DNA of 64,000 nucleotides, from contig JAZLBT010000015.1 in NCBI GenBank assembly GCA_045613865.1, positions 42,913 through 106,912 of the forward strand, given 5' to 3'. Under the pieces are notes generated by a model. That model had not been told where the DNA came from. It searched no databases and saw only the letters and a list, made by a program, of their open reading frames with translations. Origin of the DNA: Candidatus Spyradenecus sp. Its GTDB lineage: Bacteria > Verrucomicrobiota > Kiritimatiellia > RFP12 > DVOR01. Position 1 is the first letter of the stretch. Each line of letters opens with the position of its first letter. The position numbers and the translations under genes are program-made. Shown here one piece after another: positions 59,378 to 64,000 of the stretch.

Positions 59378-61297
59378 TTACTGTGCACCACGCGTCACGC
59401 CCTCACGCAAAACCGGCAAGACGTCTCGACGCAACGTTTCATCCAAATCAAAGAGCGCAAAGCCTCCACACTTTGCACGACGCGCAATGTCAATCTGATT
59501 CAACACATCAATCGGCGACAAACGACTTTCATTCGCCGTGACGCCAATACCACAAATAATCTTCTTTGCATAACGCGCTTCGGAGGTTTGCGTTCCGAGC
59601 CAATCGCGAAGAGAATTTTCATCCTCGGTGTAGTTCATCGGCAATAACGCATCCACGAGATTGAGATGAAGCCACATGCGCCAATTCTGCCCCACGGTGT
59701 AAACACACTTTGGATAGTCCCCATAGGACGCAACGGTCAACGCCTTCTGCGGATGATTCTTTTGCATCCACAAACGAATCGTTTGCAACGCATCTGTAAT
59801 CATCGAAGCACGCCATTGTGCAAAATTATTTCGTTGCGAACCCTTTGTATCAGTTACACATGCAGGCCACGCAGATTGTTTGCCATAAATTGCTTCAAAG
59901 CGCTTTCGAATCGCCAATCCGGTCGACTGCGGTAATTCGGCGAAGCGCATAAAATCGAGATGAATTCCATCCACGGAATACGTCGAAATTTCCTTCACGA
60001 GCGAAAGGAGATGCTGACGCACCTGCGGATGCGAGGGATCCAACCACGTTTGAGAGAGCGGCTGACCATTCGCATCTTGCAACAACCACCCGCGCTGAGC
60101 AAACAACTCACGCGTCGCCTTGTTACAACGTTCACCAGAGAACGCAAGAATCCACGCATGAACACGCAACTTATATTTGCGACATGCACGAATCGCCTCA
60201 GCAAGACAATTTTCTGTTGTGACCTGCGGAACAATCTTAGAAGGATAGCGCGCAAATGCCGCCCCTGCGACATTCACATAAACGTCTGTTACGCCATACC
60301 CTGCGAGCTCTTTTGCGGTTCGCTCCCAATCACCTGGATAAAGCCCCTGCCCCGAGTGATCCCAAACCCCACACTGTTCACCCGAAATTGCCCAATACGA
60401 CATCCCATACACACGCGCAGCAAGCATTTGCAAATCTGTAACCACTTGATACGCTTCATACCCCTTATTCTGCTTCAACAAGCGATCTAACTTCCGCTGC
60501 TCTGCAACCAACGTTTGAAACGTACGTTCCATTTGTTGGCGACGCGGAGAAGACGATGGCAACGTACGCATACGTGCCTCAATCGCACCCGAGGCCAACC
60601 ATTGCTTCAACGAACGATAACGAAACTCCGTTGCTGTTGTCCACGTCTGCGGAATCGACTCCCCTGCAATTGAAAGCAACAACCGACGTTTGGCATCCTC
60701 ATTGCCATCGCCCGTAAAGATATGCGTCATCCAATACGAACCCGTCGCCGTGCGCCACCATGCAATGTCCGTTTCCTTCCCTGCGCGATTCTGCCAAACC
60801 GCCATGGGCACCGTCTTCGGATCAATCGAGTGCGCGCGTAGAAGCGCTGTACTCGTTTGCAAAATCTCAACAGGAGCACCCTGTGGCTTCGGTCCACGGA
60901 AAACCATCTTGCTCCACGCTCCCGTCGAATCGCGTACATACGCCGCCGGCTTCAAACCAAACAGCTTCGCAAGCCCTGTAGAACTTGAATAGAAGACAAC
61001 AAAACGCGTCCCCTTATCCATCTTCGCTTTGACAGCAGATAAAATTTCCGCAGGCGGCTGGTCGCAATAAATCAAGATTGCCAACTTACACGGCGTACGC
61101 GCCAAAGCCTTATCCGAGATAAAATCAACCGTTATCCCTGCCTCGTTATACCACCGTTGCACATGTGAAGCAACACGTTTCGCATACGCGCGCTCGCCTT
61201 CACCAATCGACTGCTCGGCATAAACCACCGCAATCTCGGCCCCGAAAAGAAGCGAGCTCACCAAACAACAAACAGCGAAGAAAAACTTCCGAAGCAA
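59378..61297 (-). CDS. Secreted glycoside-hydrolase-like family 10 (GHL10 / DUF187, PF02638-like) TIM-barrel protein
   Basis: TTG start with a signal peptide (MLRKFFFAVCCLVSSLLFGA). The segment SVDGIHLDFMRFAELPQS matches the GHL10 hallmark DGIHLDYIRYP. There is a large N-terminal extension before the barrel. Confidence 0.5.
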   Translation of the reverse strand: MLRKFFFAVCCLVSSLLFGAEIAVVYAEQSIGEGERAYAKRVASHVQRWYNEAGITVDFISDKALARTPCKLAILIYCDQPPAEILSAVKAKMDKGTRFVVFYSSSTGLAKLFGLKPAAYVRDSTGAWSKMVFRGPKPQGAPVEILQTSTALLRAHSIDPKTVPMAVWQNRAGKETDIAWWRTATGSYWMTHIFTGDGNEDAKRRLLLSIAGESIPQTWTTATEFRYRSLKQWLASGAIEARMRTLPSSSPRRQQMERTFQTLVAEQRKLDRLLKQNKGYEAYQVVTDLQMLAARVYGMSYWAISGEQCGVWDHSGQGLYPGDWERTAKELAGYGVTDVYVNVAGAAFARYPSKIVPQVTTENCLAEAIRACRKYKLRVHAWILAFSGERCNKATRELFAQRGWLLQDANGQPLSQTWLDPSHPQVRQHLLSLVKEISTYSVDGIHLDFMRFAELPQSTGLAIRKRFEAIYGKQSAWPACVTDTKGSQRNNFAQWRASMITDALQTIRLWMQKNHPQKALTVASYGDYPKCVYTVGQNWRMWLHLNLVDALLPMNYTEDENSLRDWLGTQTSEARYAKKIICGIGVTANESRLSPIDVLNQIDIARRAKCGGFALFDLDETLRRDVLPVLREGVTRGAQ

Positions 61298-61299
61298 GG

Positions 61300-61521
61300 T
61301 TAAGCCTTGTGACGATAAATGATGCGACCCTTTGTCAAATCATAAGGAGAAATTTCAAGTGTCACCTTATCACCGGTTGCAATCTTAATGAAGAACTTAC
61401 GCATCTTGCCGGAGATATGAGCCAACACCTCGTGGCCATTCTCTAGACGGACACGATACATCGTCGCGGGAAGCACCTTCACCACAACGCCATTCACTTC
61501 AATTGCATCATCACTTGCCAT
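61300..61521 (-). CDS. infA: Translation initiation factor IF-1
   Basis: [72 protein letters not shown] is a near-consensus 74-aa IF-1 S1 fold. The start is assigned to the internal ATG at 61521. Confidence 0.9.
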   Translation of the reverse strand: MASDDAIEVNGVVVKVLPATMYRVRLENGHEVLAHISGKMRKFFIKIATGDKVTLEISPYDLTKGRIIYRHKA

Positions 61522-61725
61522 AACATTCCTTTGCTTAACGTTTTCGGATGACAACGACATAAAAACAATAAAATACCACACCTCGCAAAAAAACGCAAGC
61601 CCTTCCCCTTCTTCCCCCAACAAAACCTTACAACAAAAATACTTATTTTCATCCTCCTCGAGACATTAAATTTGCTTTTCCATATAAATTGTGATAGAAT
61701 TAATACTAACAATGGGAGAGTATTG

Positions 61726-62508
61726 ATGAAAATATCCGTCTACATCATAACGAAAAATGAAGAAAAGCGTTTGCCATTAACCCTACAAGCCGTCGCAAAA
61801 GTCGCAGACGAAATCATCGTTGTTGACTCTGGATCGACCGACCGCACGGAAGAAATCGCAAAACGATACAACGCAAAGTTCATCTTCAACAAGTGGAAAA
61901 ACATCTCCGCCCAAAAACGCTTTGCAAGCTTCCAATGCGAAAACGAGTGGCTCCTTTCGCTTGACACAGATGAAGTTCTCTCCCCCGAACTCATCGAAGA
62001 AATCAACGCACTTAAGGCAAATCCAACGGCTGACGCCTATCAAATCTATATCCGCGATATGTATCCTGGAGACAAAAAGCCTAGACGTTTCGCAAAATCC
62101 TACAACCTCATCCGACTTTACAATAAAAACGCGGGAGAAATGCCAGACGATCTTACGCACGACCGTATCGTGATGAATGAAAATACAACCGTGCAACAAC
62201 TCAAAGCTCCCGTCCACCACTACTCCTATCTAAACATTGAACACACGGTTTACAAATTAAACAAATCCTCAACCGAACTTGTACAAACCGCGAACGCGAC
62301 AGGTCGCAGATACTCTTTATTCAGACTCTTCTTTGAATTTCCCTTCCAATTCTTCCGCTACTACTTCCTCAAACGCTACATATTTGCAGGCGTCTATGGA
62401 TTTATCCTCGCAACCATTTATGCCTTTGAGCGCTTCTTAAAAATTGCAAAATGTATCGAAAAACAAAGATACGAAAACTACATTGAGAACCAACAACCCA
62501 AAGATTAA
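61726..62508 (+). CDS. Family 2 glycosyltransferase (LPS core / KdtX-WaaE-like subgroup)
   Basis: MKISVYIITKNEEKRL and IIVVDSGSTDRTEEIA, with an LSLDTDE motif. The ATG at 61726 is preceded by GGGAGAG at -12. A hydrophobic C-terminal segment is typical of this subgroup. Confidence 0.7.
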   Translation: MKISVYIITKNEEKRLPLTLQAVAKVADEIIVVDSGSTDRTEEIAKRYNAKFIFNKWKNISAQKRFASFQCENEWLLSLDTDEVLSPELIEEINALKANPTADAYQIYIRDMYPGDKKPRRFAKSYNLIRLYNKNAGEMPDDLTHDRIVMNENTTVQQLKAPVHHYSYLNIEHTVYKLNKSSTELVQTANATGRRYSLFRLFFEFPFQFFRYYFLKRYIFAGVYGFILATIYAFERFLKIAKCIEKQRYENYIENQQPKD

Positions 62509-62520
62509 ATCTCGCCCCTT

Positions 62521-63471
62521 ATGACACCCAAAGTCTCCATTATCATCCCCGTCTACAACACAGAAGCGTATTTAGAACGCGCGCTTACGTCTGTCTTGTC
62601 GCAGACGTATCGTGACTTTGAAGCTATCTGTGTCAACGACGGCTCAACAGATAACAGCCTTGCAATCCTCGAATCCTACGCACAAAAAGACCCCCGTATT
62701 AAAGTGGTTAGCCAAGAAAACCAAGGCCTCTCAATGGCGCGTAACAACGGACTGAAAAACGCACGCGGAGAGTATATATACTTCCTTGATTCAGATGATG
62801 CTTTGCATCCCCAAATGCTCGAGATTACCATCTCAAAAATAACCGAACACCAAGCGGATTTACTTTGCTTTAGATTTAAAAAAAATACTAGCCTGACAAT
62901 CCAACCCACTCCCATTCCGTTAAATCAAATACCATTTAAAACCACACAAAAACCACTCGCCTTTACAAAAAAACATAAATTTAAAGTCACCTTTAATGCG
63001 TGGGATAAACTCTTTAAACGTACATTAATCGGTACAAGCACCTTCATCTCAGGAATCTATTTCGAAGACTATCCATTTACATACGAAATTTTGTCTAAAT
63101 CCCCCAAGACAGTCCTACTTAAAACAGCGCTTCACTACTATACTACGAATAACCAAGCTTCAATTATGCACTTAAAGCTAACCACAAGGCATTTCCATGA
63201 CTACTTGGTCGGATTGCGTCATGTCATCGACTGCTACAACAAACCCAACTTCGAGAAAGAACAAGCCTACCTCAAGCGCACCCTCGTCCCAACAATCTTA
63301 AAAACACAACTTCAAGGACTCCAACACGCAAACGTAGCGCCCGATTCCGAACTCTACCAAGCCTTCATCGCCGAGCTGAAAGAAATCCACGCTCGCGGCT
63401 GGCTCACTTGGCGCGGACACAAACTCTCCCGCTACCTACGCTACAAAAAGCTCCTCCGCCAAGGACGCTAA
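62521..63471 (+). CDS. Family 2 glycosyltransferase
   Basis: VSIIIPVYNTEAYLERALTSVLSQTY, ICVNDGSTDNSLAIL and YIYFLDSDDAL (DxD motif) form a canonical GT-A fold N-terminus. Confidence 0.8.
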   Translation: MTPKVSIIIPVYNTEAYLERALTSVLSQTYRDFEAICVNDGSTDNSLAILESYAQKDPRIKVVSQENQGLSMARNNGLKNARGEYIYFLDSDDALHPQMLEITISKITEHQADLLCFRFKKNTSLTIQPTPIPLNQIPFKTTQKPLAFTKKHKFKVTFNAWDKLFKRTLIGTSTFISGIYFEDYPFTYEILSKSPKTVLLKTALHYYTTNNQASIMHLKLTTRHFHDYLVGLRHVIDCYNKPNFEKEQAYLKRTLVPTILKTQLQGLQHANVAPDSELYQAFIAELKEIHARGWLTWRGHKLSRYLRYKKLLRQGR

Positions 63472-63530
63472 AACAAACGCGCTGCTATCGGAAAAACGAT
63501 AACAGCGCTTGTTCTATAAGGGATACGCCC

Positions 63531-63992
63531 TTAATCTTCCTTTAAATACTTTTGAAATCGCTGAAACAACCGTTCTGCGATTACCACTCGCGTAACCTCC
63601 TCCGCTTGAGACGGCTCCTTAAGATCGAGATAAGCCACCCCCTTCTCCTTACACACCGCCTTCTGCAAACGCCGATACGCCTCCCCTACGGCGCCCTCCT
63701 TCTGCGTCCCCACCATAACAAGCGGCGGTGTGCTCGGCGACTGCAACACATCGACAACCGCCGCCAACGTCTCACGCACATAATCCTCGTCAACCTTGAC
63801 TGCGCCTTCTTCCCCGAGCGTGAAACACGTCTCCTCGGGCGCATAAAGCACCCCCTTCACCTTCAACACCCGCACGGGCATAAGCCCGCGCTTATACATC
63901 ACCCCGAGTCCCCACCAACGGCCATCCTCTGCCAAACGCCGCCGATACTCCTGCTTACACCACGTCATAGGGAACGATGCATTCATATCCAT
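63531..63992 (-). CDS. Hypothetical protein (153 aa). The start codon is 8 nt from the window edge, so the true start may lie further upstream.
   Basis: The ORF has coding-like composition and is convergent with the GT2 genes. I recognise no family. Confidence 0.4.
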   Translation of the reverse strand: MDMNASFPMTWCKQEYRRRLAEDGRWWGLGVMYKRGLMPVRVLKVKGVLYAPEETCFTLGEEGAVKVDEDYVRETLAAVVDVLQSPSTPPLVMVGTQKEGAVGEAYRRLQKAVCKEKGVAYLDLKEPSQAEEVTRVVIAERLFQRFQKYLKED

Positions 63993-64000
63993 CTGCCGGC

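Overview
This is a 64-kb chromosomal window of roughly 45-50% GC. It probably comes from a PVC-superphylum bacterium (Lentisphaerae, Verrucomicrobia or Planctomycetes). That placement is an inference from a DUF1559-type pseudopilin, two secreted proteins of more than 4,000 aa, RRM/RGG RNA-binding proteins and a sigma-70 with a long N-terminal extension. The left third holds housekeeping operons whose genes are translationally coupled through ATGA/TAATG overlaps. These are tsaD; a folP-cdaA-cdaR-GldG-like-DUF4340-like-PAS histidine kinase operon; an orphan Wzc-type tyrosine autokinase; a compact tetrapyrrole/siroheme module built from two multi-domain fusions (SirC::HemA and truncated HemC::CobA::HemD) coupled to mnmE; an NYN/zinc-ribbon gene; and tRNA-Val(CAC) plus tRNA-Gly(CCC). 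The middle holds a prepilin-like gene 1 nt upstream of a 4,056-aa secreted giant protein, then an rpoD-RRM-glgP operon. It also holds a second secreted giant protein of about 4,660 aa. This protein carries a scattered array of Ca-binding DxDxDG (TSP3-like) motifs and a LamG-like domain, and is preceded by a coiled-coil lipoprotein. The right end holds fusA, an infA-GHL10 hydrolase-like operon and two GT2 glycosyltransferases. Three things stand out. First, the two giant proteins share a homologous C-terminal module of roughly 150-200 aa that ends in K[YF]F[QK]VVL followed by a Lys/Glu tail, a candidate uncharacterised sorting or secretion signal. Second, a family of 22-bp tandem repeats with the core CAAACAGGnGC occurs at three intergenic loci. 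Third, an approximately 0.8-kb G-depleted non-coding leader with G4-capable tracts lies upstream of the second giant-protein operon. No CRISPR array, transposase or integrase was seen.
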